From IMG/VR virus record IMGVR_UViG_3300014613_000057, positions 1 to 35,818 of that record: a stretch of DNA of 35,818 bases. One strand, given 5' to 3'. The DNA is from a virus. Its lineage: Duplodnaviria; Caudoviricetes. Each line of letters opens with the position of its first letter. Positions within the stretch are counted from its first letter, which is position 1. The notes under the pieces were generated by a model. It had not been told where the DNA came from. It saw only the letters and a program-made list of their open reading frames with translations, and did no database searches. Positions 1-8,815 of this stretch are shown piece by piece. The translations under genes and the position numbers were made by a program.

Positions 1-474
1 CAATGTAATAGCTGTTGCACTTGAACTAGGAGGAGGAGCAATCCCAAGTTTACGATTCATCTTTACCCAATCACCTTGGTAAGCGTATTGTGGTGTGCTG
101 CTTATTGTCCTCCAATTTGGGGAAAGCTCCTCCTCTATAATGTCTTCATCGATGATTTCTAATTCACTATAAGTTGTTGCAGAAGAGAAATAAAATACTT
201 TATCCAAATCGAAACAATTCAAGGGAACAGGATACTGGTAGTAGTTTACTGTAAGAGGAATAATAAACCATGATTTTAGAGACCTTACTAAAGTTGTAAC
301 TTCCATATACACCTGATTTATTTTCTTTCTAACTCTATATCGAGTATATTTTTGAAAAGCTGTGTCAGGAGGATGGCCATTAGTGTCCTCGTTGAATTGA
401 ATCCAAAGTCTTTTAAGAGTCTCTGTTTCAATTTCACCTAAATTCAAAGCATGGAAAAATATGTTTTCAGGCAT
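1..474 (-). CDS. Putative head-tail adaptor / tail tubular protein A-like, C-terminus truncated by window edge
   Basis: Not in the ORF track because it has no stop in the window. I translated an open frame from ATG 474: MPENIFFHALNLGEIETETLKRLW...KINQVY...YQYPVP...LGIAPPP. The N-terminal helix + 'IN' + 'Y.lP' + 'i.P.P' pattern resembles podovirus adaptors. Confidence 0.55.
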   Translation of the reverse strand, partial: MPENIFFHALNLGEIETETLKRLWIQFNEDTNGHPPDTAFQKYTRYRVRKKINQVYMEVTTLVRSLKSWFIIPLTVNYYQYPVPLNCFDLDKVFYFSSATTYSELEIIDEDIIEEELSPNWRTISSTPQYAYQGDWVKMNRKLGIAPPPSSSATAITL

Positions 475-488
475 CTAGGACTCCGAAT

Positions 489-505
489 CGTTTAAAATTT
501 AAACG
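489..505. promoter_or_regulatory. Dispersed palindrome copy 1 (CGTTTAAA-A-TTTAAACG)
   Basis: Perfect 17-bp palindrome, also present at 14835, 26986 and 32313. Confidence 0.7.
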
Positions 506-870
506 TTTTTTGTTTTGTCTATGCAATCTTTACATCTACCTTTAACTAAGTCTTTAGATGGATAAGAAAATCCACAAATATTACATTCAACTTCAATAAG
601 AGGTCCAAACTCATTACTCACTGTCCAAGGGTTGGGGAGGGTCACAGAGTAAAAGTCTCCAGAGTTGAAAGCCACGCCGGTTGCAGTGACTGTAGTTGCT
701 GTGCGGGCGGTTACAGTCGCATACACACCTGTCGTCTTGTTGGTAAGGACTGATACTCCAATGACCACTCCCCTATTTATAAAATCACCAGAAGTCGAAG
801 TAATGTAATCTCCGACTATTGGAGTCTCGTTGGTTCCGTCAATGTTGCTTATTGTCCAAGTATGTTTCAT
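499..870 (-). CDS. Hypothetical virion-associated protein with C-terminal CxxC...CxxC zinc finger
   Basis: ATG 870 overlaps the o-spanin stop (ATGA). Thr/Gly-rich beta region followed by CNIC...CKDC. Confidence 0.7.
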   Translation of the reverse strand: MKHTWTISNIDGTNETPIVGDYITSTSGDFINRGVVIGVSVLTNKTTGVYATVTARTATTVTATGVAFNSGDFYSVTLPNPWTVSNEFGPLIEVECNICGFSYPSKDLVKGRCKDCIDKTKNV

Positions 871-1106
871 TTCTTCACACAAGGAAGAAGGTCTATCTTA
901 TCACAAAAACCCTCAACATCATTCATATAGTTTAACACTTTTTCATGAACAGACAAAGGTGTTTCGAAAAATTCTTTATCACTCATCTCCATCATTGTTG
1001 GTCTCGGAGGGAGAATTACTTGGAATTCTCTTGTGACTCCGAAGCATCCGATAGAGCTCACGGATACGCTCAAGATCAGCATTATTAACAGCTTTTTGTA
1101 TTTCAT
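867..1106 (-). CDS. o-spanin (Rz1-like outer-membrane lipoprotein)
   Basis: Basic N-terminus, hydrophobic signal, lipobox SIG-C, Pro-rich segment; overlaps the 3' end of the i-spanin in another frame. Confidence 0.8.
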   Translation of the reverse strand: MKYKKLLIMLILSVSVSSIGCFGVTREFQVILPPRPTMMEMSDKEFFETPLSVHEKVLNYMNDVEGFCDKIDLLPCVKK

Positions 1107-1299
1107 TTTGAGTCTCCTGAGTGGTCTTGTCTACTTCAGCGGCTTTTTCGTAGAACTCAATAGTCTTAGTCTGTTCCTCTATTTGAACCTGTAAGGCAGT
1201 TATCTTATTTTGCATATGATTATAGTTCCAGATAAAATATCCACCAACAATTATTACTAAACCAATAGCACCTAGTTTCAAGTAAGTTAAGATACCCAT
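979..1299 (-). CDS. i-spanin (Rz-like)
   Basis: N-terminal TM helix then coiled coil; directly downstream of the endolysin. Confidence 0.8.
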   Translation of the reverse strand: MGILTYLKLGAIGLVIIVGGYFIWNYNHMQNKITALQVQIEEQTKTIEFYEKAAEVDKTTQETQNEIQKAVNNADLERIRELYRMLRSHKRIPSNSPSETNNDGDE

Positions 1300-1721
1300 A
1301 ATTCACACTCCTTCTCTCGTCTTACAACTAAACCTCTAATCACTCGACTCCTAGCCTTAATCCACTTTCTAAGTTGATTTGGAACTTCATCGTATTCACC
1401 TCGATTGAGGACTTTCAATAAAGTACTATTTCTAAATGCTCTTTCACCAATATTAAAAACAAAGTCTATAAGAGCATCAAATTGATTTTGAGTTAACCGA
1501 ACTTCTACATATTCATTCACAGCCATTTCAAACCTTCTAACATCTTGAGCAAGAATACCCATAGCTTCTTCTTCTGTAATTCCCTCTGAAAAATCTGGGT
1601 CCTCAGCAGTTATTAAATGGCCTACTCCAATAGTAGGATACCCTGCTGGGTCGTCGTAAATTTGGAGAACACACCCTTCATTTTCCATTATAAATGCAAG
1701 TCCATTCTCACTCGTTTTCAC
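1287..1721 (-). CDS. Endolysin, GH24 phage lysozyme
   Basis: EG-x7-D-x5-TIGVGH catalytic motif, LTQNQFDAL, FNIG, STLLK, GLVVRR..E..LW. Confidence 0.95.
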   Translation of the reverse strand: MKTSENGLAFIMENEGCVLQIYDDPAGYPTIGVGHLITAEDPDFSEGITEEEAMGILAQDVRRFEMAVNEYVEVRLTQNQFDALIDFVFNIGERAFRNSTLLKVLNRGEYDEVPNQLRKWIKARSRVIRGLVVRREKECELWVS

Positions 1722-1722
1722 A

Positions 1723-2010
1723 CTAACCTCCAGGAGGAATGTCTACCCTACTCTTAACATACCTCCAAGCAGTAGCAAAAGTTCTACCACCAGAGTTAAC
1801 TCCATATGCTGCAAACGCTGCTCCTGTGCAAATAGCGAGCATAGAACTTACAGGGGTGTATGCACTTGTGTGAGGCCAATGAAAGAAACATCCAACCACC
1901 CATGCAACATCTAACACCACAAAACACCCCGAGGCTATCCGACTCATGGATAGTTCTTTAGATGAGGGGTCGATTATAGATTCGACTAAATAATATTTTT
2001 TCTTACTCAT
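1723..2010 (-). CDS. Putative holin
   Basis: Two hydrophobic segments, SMSR motif, adjacent to the endolysin. Confidence 0.65.
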   Translation of the reverse strand: MSKKKYYLVESIIDPSSKELSMSRIASGCFVVLDVAWVVGCFFHWPHTSAYTPVSSMLAICTGAAFAAYGVNSGGRTFATAWRYVKSRVDIPPGG

Positions 2011-2264
2011 TACTTACTCTGATAATAAACCATTAATAAATTACCTACAATAGAACCAAGGAGAGCAGCTGCCCAAACTACACCAGCACCCAGGTAAACC
2101 ATCCGTTTTAAATTGTTAATAGCTGTCCATTGGTCATCATCGCTTTTTTCTAAGGTTCTTATCTGAACCTCGTGAGCTAAACAGTGTCTTGCTTCTTGAA
2201 CCCGTTCGATTCTGTCGATGTCCGCTTTGACTTCTTTATATGTTTGGTTGTATGATTCTGACAT
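2010..2264 (-). CDS. Small coiled-coil protein with C-terminal TM helix (XhlA-like lysis-cassette protein)
   Basis: True start is likely ATG 2264 (MSESYNQ...), just after the stop of the upstream gene; TAATG-coupled to the holin. Confidence 0.65.
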   Translation of the reverse strand: MSESYNQTYKEVKADIDRIERVQEARHCLAHEVQIRTLEKSDDDQWTAINNLKRMVYLGAGVVWAAALLGSIVGNLLMVYYQSK

Positions 2265-2265
2265 C

Positions 2266-2700
2266 TTATATAATTCTCGCTTTGCTAGCCTCCAAAGCTG
2301 CCATGATTCGCTGTGGTTGCATACTCCGGGGAAACTCTTTGCCCCGGTCAAGCATCCTGATTCGATGTGTCCGAGCCCGGAAGTGAGCCAGAGCCAGCAA
2401 CTTTGTCTTTTCCGTGTTGAACGGTTTGCAACTGAAAATGTCCAGATAAAAACCAAGTTCTGCCGGGACTGTCTTGATATAAATATGAGACTCGGCAATT
2501 ATCCTAATCCCTTGAATTCCCAAGCGGGTATGGCTGACAAAAGGCGGAGTTATAGGAGTCATGCCGATTTTCTCCGGCATGAACCCCAGGAAAGCGAGAA
2601 CATGGCCAGGGTCAACCAAGAGCTTGTAATCACAATCTCCACCCTCCAGGAACATCTGAGGGCCGAATACCTCGATTCCCAATACTTTGGTATGGTCCAT
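2266..2700 (-). CDS. speD: S-adenosylmethionine decarboxylase-like proenzyme (pyruvoyl-dependent, class 1B SpeD/SpeH fold), divergent
   Basis: GMTPITPP, IIAESH cleavage motif, DIFSCKPF and C-terminal RG; AGGAGG RBS. Confidence 0.85.
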   Translation of the reverse strand: MDHTKVLGIEVFGPQMFLEGGDCDYKLLVDPGHVLAFLGFMPEKIGMTPITPPFVSHTRLGIQGIRIIAESHIYIKTVPAELGFYLDIFSCKPFNTEKTKLLALAHFRARTHRIRMLDRGKEFPRSMQPQRIMAALEASKARII

Positions 2701-2712
2701 CCATAAACCCTC

Positions 2713-2913
2713 CTATGGTGTTCCTACCACCTTTAAATGCCGCTTGGATTCTTCCTTCTCCAGTTCCCGTTTCCTTTCAAGCAAAAGATAAACAATGGAT
2801 AAAGCCGACCGGGTGGTGGCCATCAGGTTGGCGTCATAAAGATTCTCCACCGCCTTGTACAGACTATGAACGGCCTCGATTGCCTTATCCGTGGAGTTCG
2901 GGTTTTTCCTCAC
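2713..2913 (-). CDS. Hypothetical protein
   Basis: 66 aa, helical, overlaps the upstream gene, same operon orientation. Confidence 0.6.
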   Translation of the reverse strand: MRKNPNSTDKAIEAVHSLYKAVENLYDANLMATTRSALSIVYLLLERKRELEKEESKRHLKVVGTP

Positions 2914-3208
2914 ACATCCCCTTGACTACGGCTTCGATAAACCAAAGTTTAGCTACACGTTCCCCAATCTCTTCCCAACTGTCAAACATGGTCCAATCCT
3001 CTTCAACTTCTCCGCAGCAGGAGCAGACCCCCTTACGTTTCATGTAATTGCCTCCGGCCTCTCCCTTGATGAACGTATAGACCATCTTCTGAAAGGGGTC
3101 GCCTATCTGGGCCACGACTCGCCCAGTCACAATCTGGATCACCCCTTCTAGATTCATGGTGAACTCTTGACACCGGTCATCAAGGGGTTTGTGTTTAGGC
3201 TTTTTCAT
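2885..3208 (-). CDS. Hypothetical protein (CSCC motif)
   Basis: TAATG-coupled to the tailspike stop at 3208. Confidence 0.65.
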   Translation of the reverse strand: MKKPKHKPLDDRCQEFTMNLEGVIQIVTGRVVAQIGDPFQKMVYTFIKGEAGGNYMKRKGVCSCCGEVEEDWTMFDSWEEIGERVAKLWFIEAVVKGMCEEKPELHG

Positions 3209-5214
3209 TATGGTAACGTCAATAATGGAGCTTGCGTACCAGCACCTATCCAGGTTATTTTAGCTCTGCCACTAAAGGCTACGGGAGCCCCCGTATTAGT
3301 TCCAACCAAAGTGGGCACAACACTAAAAGCTACTGAGGCAACACCTGTTGCAGTTGCATCCACTCTCACTAATGTTATATCAATTTTTGCCGCATTAACC
3401 GCGGCCCTTGTCGAGATAGTAATGTTGGCTTGGTTTCCACCAACAGCGCCATCCGAGTCGCTAATTGTGATCGTTCCGTCGCTATTCAGAGTAGCAATGG
3501 CCTGTTGAACACTTATCGGCTGAGTAACCATAGCGTTGGTGTTCCCGTCATAGACAAATAAAGTGCCACTCATTTCCAGGCCGATACTGCGGGCTGAACT
3601 GCCTACCACTATTCCTGGCATAGTAATCTTGCAGACATTGGCCCCCACTGAACCGCCAACAGTTCCAACAGTAGTAGGGGGTATCTGTATATCCTGAGTA
3701 CAAAGGCCGACTTCAAAATTATGGTCCGCACCCTGTATCTTGACATTGCGGGTATTGGCGTTGGCTAGCAGGTTTTGATTCAAGTTACAATAAGCTTTTG
3801 TCTGGTTAGTTTTAATGGTAGTATTAGCCAGATAAGATGTGATACTGTCGCCAACCGCAGGCGGGCCATACACTATTATCAAACTGCGGGTCAGACTACT
3901 ACCAAGTGTGAAAACAATTTCTGCATCAGTGATTATGCCAGCCGAGCCGCCTGGTTCAATGTGCATAACCGGAGCCGTGGCATTAAGAACGTTCGATATG
4001 GTTGCATTTATTCTGGCACCCTTGATAGTGCCGTGCAAATCCATGAATGTTCCAAGATTTTCCACAACGCCATTAAAAGTGAATCCATAAATGGTGCCGC
4101 CAACAAAAATAGCCTCGTCATTGGACCCACCCGTGCCGAGATTAAAAATGCTACCATTAATGTCAATAGCGGAAGCATCAGCAATAGTAATAGCTGTCTT
4201 TCTACGGTTTACAGTTATAAAGAAATTGTCTCCGATGGTCCTTAAGGAAGTCATGGAGTGGCTGGCGGGTGTGGTTTGATAAACGCTATCTACACCCCAG
4301 ATATATGCTTTAGCCCCAGTTATTGTTATGGGTCTATTGGCCTGAAACCAACAGGCGTTGTAAGTATGATCTTCTGCGCCGAAATTTACTAAGGCTATTG
4401 TACCCTCTCCGCCATTGGCTGCTGCATCGTCGTGCATTAGGATGGTAAGGTTTTCGTAATAGTGGCTTTGACATTGGTCCAAAGTGGTATTGGGAGCGCA
4501 AAAAAGACCTACCACACTGGGGTTAGATAGGCCGGCTACTGTTGAATCAATAGTTATATCGGTTAATTTAAGAAAACCCGCACCGCAAGCATCTAGTGCC
4601 AACGTACCAGTATTCGCTACAATTTTAGTCCCGGAATAATATCCGGTCCCTTTAAACCAAATACTATCCCTTTGTAGCGTTCCACCAACCCTGGTATTGG
4701 TAAGATTTAGGCAGGTATTAATCTTATAAGAACCTGGGCCGAAGACTACAGGTTTTACGACCATCGATCCAACTAAACCGATACTATCTATGGCTGCTTG
4801 AATCGCTGCGGAGCAATCAGTTGTGCCATCGGCCACCGCCCCCCACCATTTGGGATAAACTTCCGTAACTGCCCCTACCCCAAAAACCACCTTCCCCGTC
4901 CCGGTGCAGGAGAATATCTGATACGGTCCCGCATCCAGGGTGCCGTTGATGGTGAGGGTTACAGCAGTAGCAATTGCAAAAGTCGCTCCAGCTTCAAATC
5001 TAAGTTTCATCCCAACAGGAATAGTAAGGTTGGTTACAATACTAAACGTTCCCCTTGGAATGAAAACAGTTCCTACGTTTGATTGATTAGCCTTTATGGA
5101 TTCAATAGACGCAGCACAGTCTATTACTCCTGTCGGGTCGCAGGAGTAAGGTGAAGCCATTATAGATGTAAATGGATAAAGTTTAGAGTGCTCTGTAGTT
5201 GTTGGGTAAGCCAT
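3208..5214 (-). CDS. Tailspike/tail fibre 2 with pectate-lyase-like beta-helix (putative depolymerase)
   Basis: WWGAVADGTTDCSAAIQAAIDS and VVFGPGSY motifs, an earlier DPTGVIDC copy, Gly/Thr/Asn-rich composition. Confidence 0.8.
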   Translation of the reverse strand: MAYPTTTEHSKLYPFTSIMASPYSCDPTGVIDCAASIESIKANQSNVGTVFIPRGTFSIVTNLTIPVGMKLRFEAGATFAIATAVTLTINGTLDAGPYQIFSCTGTGKVVFGVGAVTEVYPKWWGAVADGTTDCSAAIQAAIDSIGLVGSMVVKPVVFGPGSYKINTCLNLTNTRVGGTLQRDSIWFKGTGYYSGTKIVANTGTLALDACGAGFLKLTDITIDSTVAGLSNPSVVGLFCAPNTTLDQCQSHYYENLTILMHDDAAANGGEGTIALVNFGAEDHTYNACWFQANRPITITGAKAYIWGVDSVYQTTPASHSMTSLRTIGDNFFITVNRRKTAITIADASAIDINGSIFNLGTGGSNDEAIFVGGTIYGFTFNGVVENLGTFMDLHGTIKGARINATISNVLNATAPVMHIEPGGSAGIITDAEIVFTLGSSLTRSLIIVYGPPAVGDSITSYLANTTIKTNQTKAYCNLNQNLLANANTRNVKIQGADHNFEVGLCTQDIQIPPTTVGTVGGSVGANVCKITMPGIVVGSSARSIGLEMSGTLFVYDGNTNAMVTQPISVQQAIATLNSDGTITISDSDGAVGGNQANITISTRAAVNAAKIDITLVRVDATATGVASVAFSVVPTLVGTNTGAPVAFSGRAKITWIGAGTQAPLLTLP

Positions 5215-5282
5215 TTAAAATCTCCTTAATTCTATTAACTTCTGTCAACTCCCAGGCCACTAGGTGTGGTGGTCGTCCATTA

Positions 5283-7364
5283 TTAATTTGCTGTCCAAGT
5301 AGCATTTTGCTGCACACCGGCCTTGTCATAGCCAGTAACCGTACAGGTGAAATCATTATTGGTCCCGGTAGCATGATACTGGTCGCCGGTATAGGCAGCA
5401 CCGGCCTTTATCCCATGAGTTGCTGCCCCAGGGTCCGGTGCCCCGGTTATCGCCCTCCGGCTGTCAAGGGTGTTGTTGGTAAGGATTCCAGCGGCGTAAA
5501 TGTAATTGGAACTTTGATTTAAGATGGTTCCACCATCGTTAATGATATTGGTAGCTCCAAAATTGTTATTCCAGACATGGAGATATTTAGTACAATCCGC
5601 CCCAAGTGTAACCGGAGAAGTTGTGCTGATGTTCAATATCATTAATCGGTCATTAGGTATATAACTTGCACACCACATGAAAGTCTTGGCATTATAGGTT
5701 CCGCCATTAATGGTCCAGATATTGCCACTTCCAGCGGCAGCTGAGGTACCGATAGCTACATCAAACTTGCCGGATACAACATTGCAATTATTCAGGGTAA
5801 TCAGGGGATCCTGACCACTTTTCATAAAACTACTTTGCCTGAGTGCGTATATCTTTCCGGTTGTTTGGGTAACACCTTCATCAACATAGAAATTGCAATC
5901 ATTTAGGGTTAACCTGCCACCAGTTGGTCCCGTTTCGAGCCATAGAAACCCGATTGCGTATGTGTCAACAGCGGGATTCCCACCCTGCATGCTGGTTATC
6001 GTCCAGTTGCAACGATTAAATATGGCATTAGTAAGATAGTGATATGATTCAGCAGCGACCCCACAACTTATATCGCAATCTTCAAATAGATAGGCTCCTA
6101 CTGCCTTAGTGTCCAAACCCTTAACAGTAAAATGGCGACGGATTGTGCAGAATTTCATTGTGAGGGTGTCACCAGCTGGGTCATTATCTCCGTAATTTGC
6201 TGTGGTAAATTCAAAATTATCTGCATCTGAATCTTCTACTACAAGGTCAACTCGGCAGGTAGTAACACCGGGGCCACCGTACCCCGCTACCCCGCTACTC
6301 ACCTCAACCTCGAAACCCCCAGAGTTGCCGCCAGTCCCCGAAGCGCTCAAGTTATACCACCAGCCCCGGCTGTTACCGCCAAGAATGGTAACCATATCCC
6401 GTCCAGTATTGACACCCGAAATTCGATAAAGATGTGAGTCAACATTTATTACCGTAGAAATACAATCACTATTTTCATGTTCCTGGAAATTAATATCTTG
6501 GATACGAACTATTACTCGCCCCGCATTTCCGCCATTGCCAGAAAATCGCAATAGGTGATGTTGCTCACCTACTACATTGTTATTCCGATTGCCATCAAAC
6601 ATCAAATTGGTAACAGCAATAGGCCCAAGGTCCGTAGCAGATGCATTGGCGGATAAATTCATTAAGTAGCCACCAACATAACTGTCTTGTCGCTTGATTA
6701 TTGTTCCTGTGGAAGACTGCCCCATAAGAGTTATGGGGTTGCGACAAGCAGCCGGTATTTCAATATATGCTGAACCTAACTTGTAAGCTACACTTGGGGT
6801 CGGGAAATAGACCACAAACTTCCCGTTAGCCGGATTTTCTACATAAGCAAGAATGGCTATAAAAGCAGCCGTATCGTCCGTGGTCCAATCCCCAACCATC
6901 GCAGCAAGGCTGTGGCCGGGATTAGTTACATCCATAATTTCGGTGCGGGCATTGTCAACGATGGTGACGGTCTGGGTAGCGGCAATAACCGAACCGATAT
7001 TGGGGCTGGATAGGGTGAAGGCGAAAGTCCTGTCCAGATTGATTACCGGGTTATTACTAATGGTGACGCTTTTATTTACAGATACATCCCCAGCAGCAAT
7101 AGTAGCTACATCAGAAGCAGCGGTGAAATCCTGTCCTAAGCCCTTGGCCACGCTCTGTGCTGTGCCATCAGCGGTGGCATAATTCACCGTAACCGCCTGG
7201 TCAGGAACCTTGTTGGTCAGTTGAATCGTGACGGCCTTAGTCCCGGCATTCTTATTAACGCTGGCAGTTGCAGAAGAGACCTTAACCCCAATAGGGCCAA
7301 AAAGATGGGCCGCACCCGCCACCCCTGTTACACCGTGATAACCACTGGTGCCGAAGTAACCCAT
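5283..7364 (-). CDS. Tailspike/tail fibre 1 with Calx-beta domain and beta-helix
   Basis: VTVNYATADGTA...DF...TFAFTLSSP (Calx-beta signature); GDWTTDDTAAF, VYFP...Y and FDGNR (pectate_lyase_3-like). Confidence 0.8.
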   Translation of the reverse strand: MGYFGTSGYHGVTGVAGAAHLFGPIGVKVSSATASVNKNAGTKAVTIQLTNKVPDQAVTVNYATADGTAQSVAKGLGQDFTAASDVATIAAGDVSVNKSVTISNNPVINLDRTFAFTLSSPNIGSVIAATQTVTIVDNARTEIMDVTNPGHSLAAMVGDWTTDDTAAFIAILAYVENPANGKFVVYFPTPSVAYKLGSAYIEIPAACRNPITLMGQSSTGTIIKRQDSYVGGYLMNLSANASATDLGPIAVTNLMFDGNRNNNVVGEQHHLLRFSGNGGNAGRVIVRIQDINFQEHENSDCISTVINVDSHLYRISGVNTGRDMVTILGGNSRGWWYNLSASGTGGNSGGFEVEVSSGVAGYGGPGVTTCRVDLVVEDSDADNFEFTTANYGDNDPAGDTLTMKFCTIRRHFTVKGLDTKAVGAYLFEDCDISCGVAAESYHYLTNAIFNRCNWTITSMQGGNPAVDTYAIGFLWLETGPTGGRLTLNDCNFYVDEGVTQTTGKIYALRQSSFMKSGQDPLITLNNCNVVSGKFDVAIGTSAAAGSGNIWTINGGTYNAKTFMWCASYIPNDRLMILNISTTSPVTLGADCTKYLHVWNNNFGATNIINDGGTILNQSSNYIYAAGILTNNTLDSRRAITGAPDPGAATHGIKAGAAYTGDQYHATGTNNDFTCTVTGYDKAGVQQNATWTAN

Positions 7365-7373
7365 ATCCTTATC

Positions 7374-7958
7374 CTATGCACTCTTTATCCAAGAGCCGTG
7401 CGCTCCGATGATGACCCAAGTATTGACTGAGGCAGCTGAACTTATAAGTCTAACCGTACAGGTAGCATAAGTCTCTGCCGCAACACTATCAGATAAGGTT
7501 GCAGAAGCAGCCCCATCAGCTATAAAATTGTTGGCTCCGGGGTCAATGGTCAAGGTTCCCGCTGCCTTTTTGACGAAAGTATATTGCAAGGGATCAACCG
7601 AAGTGCTGATATAGGCACTTAAATCCCCGGTAGGCAGGTCATACTCAACCGCTGCCGTAGCCACATAAGTCATCCGGTTGTTGGCAGCAGTTACAGCTAC
7701 TGGACCAGCACCGCTTGAGGTTACTCCTTTCCCCACTAGGTAATCCGTCCCCGCCGCAGCAATACTCAACGTCCCGGTGCCGGTGGTATTTTTCAGGAGG
7801 CCAGTAGCAAGGGCGATTAACTCAGCGTTGCCCAGGAGAGGCACTTTCCCCAATGTTATCTTCTTGTTCGCCCCACCTACCGAGTCCACAATAACTGCGG
7901 TATCAGCAGCAACCGGGGTAGCCTTGGCGGTTAACGCACTTATCTTTGTATCAGCCAT
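7374..7958 (-). CDS. Tail/virion protein (MADTKISAL N-terminus)
   Basis: ATG 7958 has a GGAGG RBS; KIS.L N-terminal motif is common in phage fibre-attachment proteins. Confidence 0.7.
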   Translation of the reverse strand: MADTKISALTAKATPVAADTAVIVDSVGGANKKITLGKVPLLGNAELIALATGLLKNTTGTGTLSIAAAGTDYLVGKGVTSSGAGPVAVTAANNRMTYVATAAVEYDLPTGDLSAYISTSVDPLQYTFVKKAAGTLTIDPGANNFIADGAASATLSDSVAAETYATCTVRLISSAASVNTWVIIGAHGSWIKSA

Positions 7959-7959
7959 T

Positions 7960-8121
7960 TTATGCCTCCAAAAGCATATAATCACCTGTTTCTAGTAAAA
8001 GCCAAGTACCATCCTCTAGTAAAATAGCAGGACTTGTCGGTCCATAACTTGCTAACTCAACTCCAAGTCCTAGAGTGAGTGAATCATCTATCCTAGTTTC
8101 TCTCTTGCGTTGTCTTTTCAT
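7960..8121 (-). CDS. Small virion protein with LLEDG/LLLE repeats (53 aa)
   Basis: Below the ORF-track cutoff. MKRQRKRE...AILLEDGTWLLLETGDYMLLEA; this motif is often seen upstream of KISAL-type genes. Confidence 0.7.
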   Translation of the reverse strand: MKRQRKRETRIDDSLTLGLGVELASYGPTSPAILLEDGTWLLLETGDYMLLEA

Positions 8122-8129
8122 TGAAGTCT

Positions 8130-8456
8130 CTAATCATATTCAAAAACAATTCTAACACTTGCTGCTACACCCCAAACATTTTCCCCACCAGCAGGAACTT
8201 TAATATAAGGTTTATAAGTCATTCCACTAGTAATAGCTTCTTTTAATGTTCCACCAGTAGTAGAAATCATTTTAGAAATAACTGTTCCAGTAGCAGAACC
8301 ATTTCTAACTTCAAGAACGTCGTTTGCAGCTGATGGATGAAAAAGAATTCCAGTAAGTCTTAGTCCATGTAAAAAAACTGTAGAACTATCATAAGCAGTT
8401 GCTCCATCAGGTACAATGTGAATTTTTCCAGGTGCATAAGTAATTGTGTTAGCCAT
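8130..8456 (-). CDS. Hypothetical structural protein (beta-rich)
   Basis: AGGAG RBS; small Gly/Ser/Thr-rich protein in the virion operon. Confidence 0.7.
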   Translation of the reverse strand: MANTITYAPGKIHIVPDGATAYDSSTVFLHGLRLTGILFHPSAANDVLEVRNGSATGTVISKMISTTGGTLKEAITSGMTYKPYIKVPAGGENVWGVAASVRIVFEYD

Positions 8457-8467
8457 TTGAGTCTCCT

Positions 8468-8815
8468 CTAAATATTATCTAACTGAGCCTTCTTATTCAG
8501 TTTTTCCATCTCAGCTTTTCCAAATTCAAAAGCATACTCTCGAGTATTCATGCCTCTATCTCCAGGAATTGGAGGAAGCATCTTGCGAGTTCTTGCATCT
8601 TGAACCTTTGCTTTGGCCTGTCGCCTTTGCCAATCAGGTAATTTATGAATATGACTCTCATTGAATATTTCATTCACCACACTGGGGATAGACATCACCC
8701 TTGTGCCTACCCCCAGGCAAAGTGGACATTGAGAGGTTGGAATGTCCTGAATGGAGAGTTCTATTCGTTCGAATAGATGTTTGCATTTAGGACAGGAATA
8801 TTCATAAATTGGCAT
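8468..8815 (-). CDS. FmdB-family zinc-ribbon protein
   Basis: MPIYEYSCPKC...FE...CPLC...RVMS signature. Confidence 0.85.
   Translation of the reverse strand: MPIYEYSCPKCKHLFERIELSIQDIPTSQCPLCLGVGTRVMSIPSVVNEIFNESHIHKLPDWQRRQAKAKVQDARTRKMLPPIPGDRGMNTREYAFEFGKAEMEKLNKKAQLDNI

Noticed and set aside
2265-2498. N-terminal 78 aa of track ORF 2010-2498
   Set aside because: Overlaps the SpeD-like gene in another frame; ATG 2264 gives a clean non-overlapping gene.
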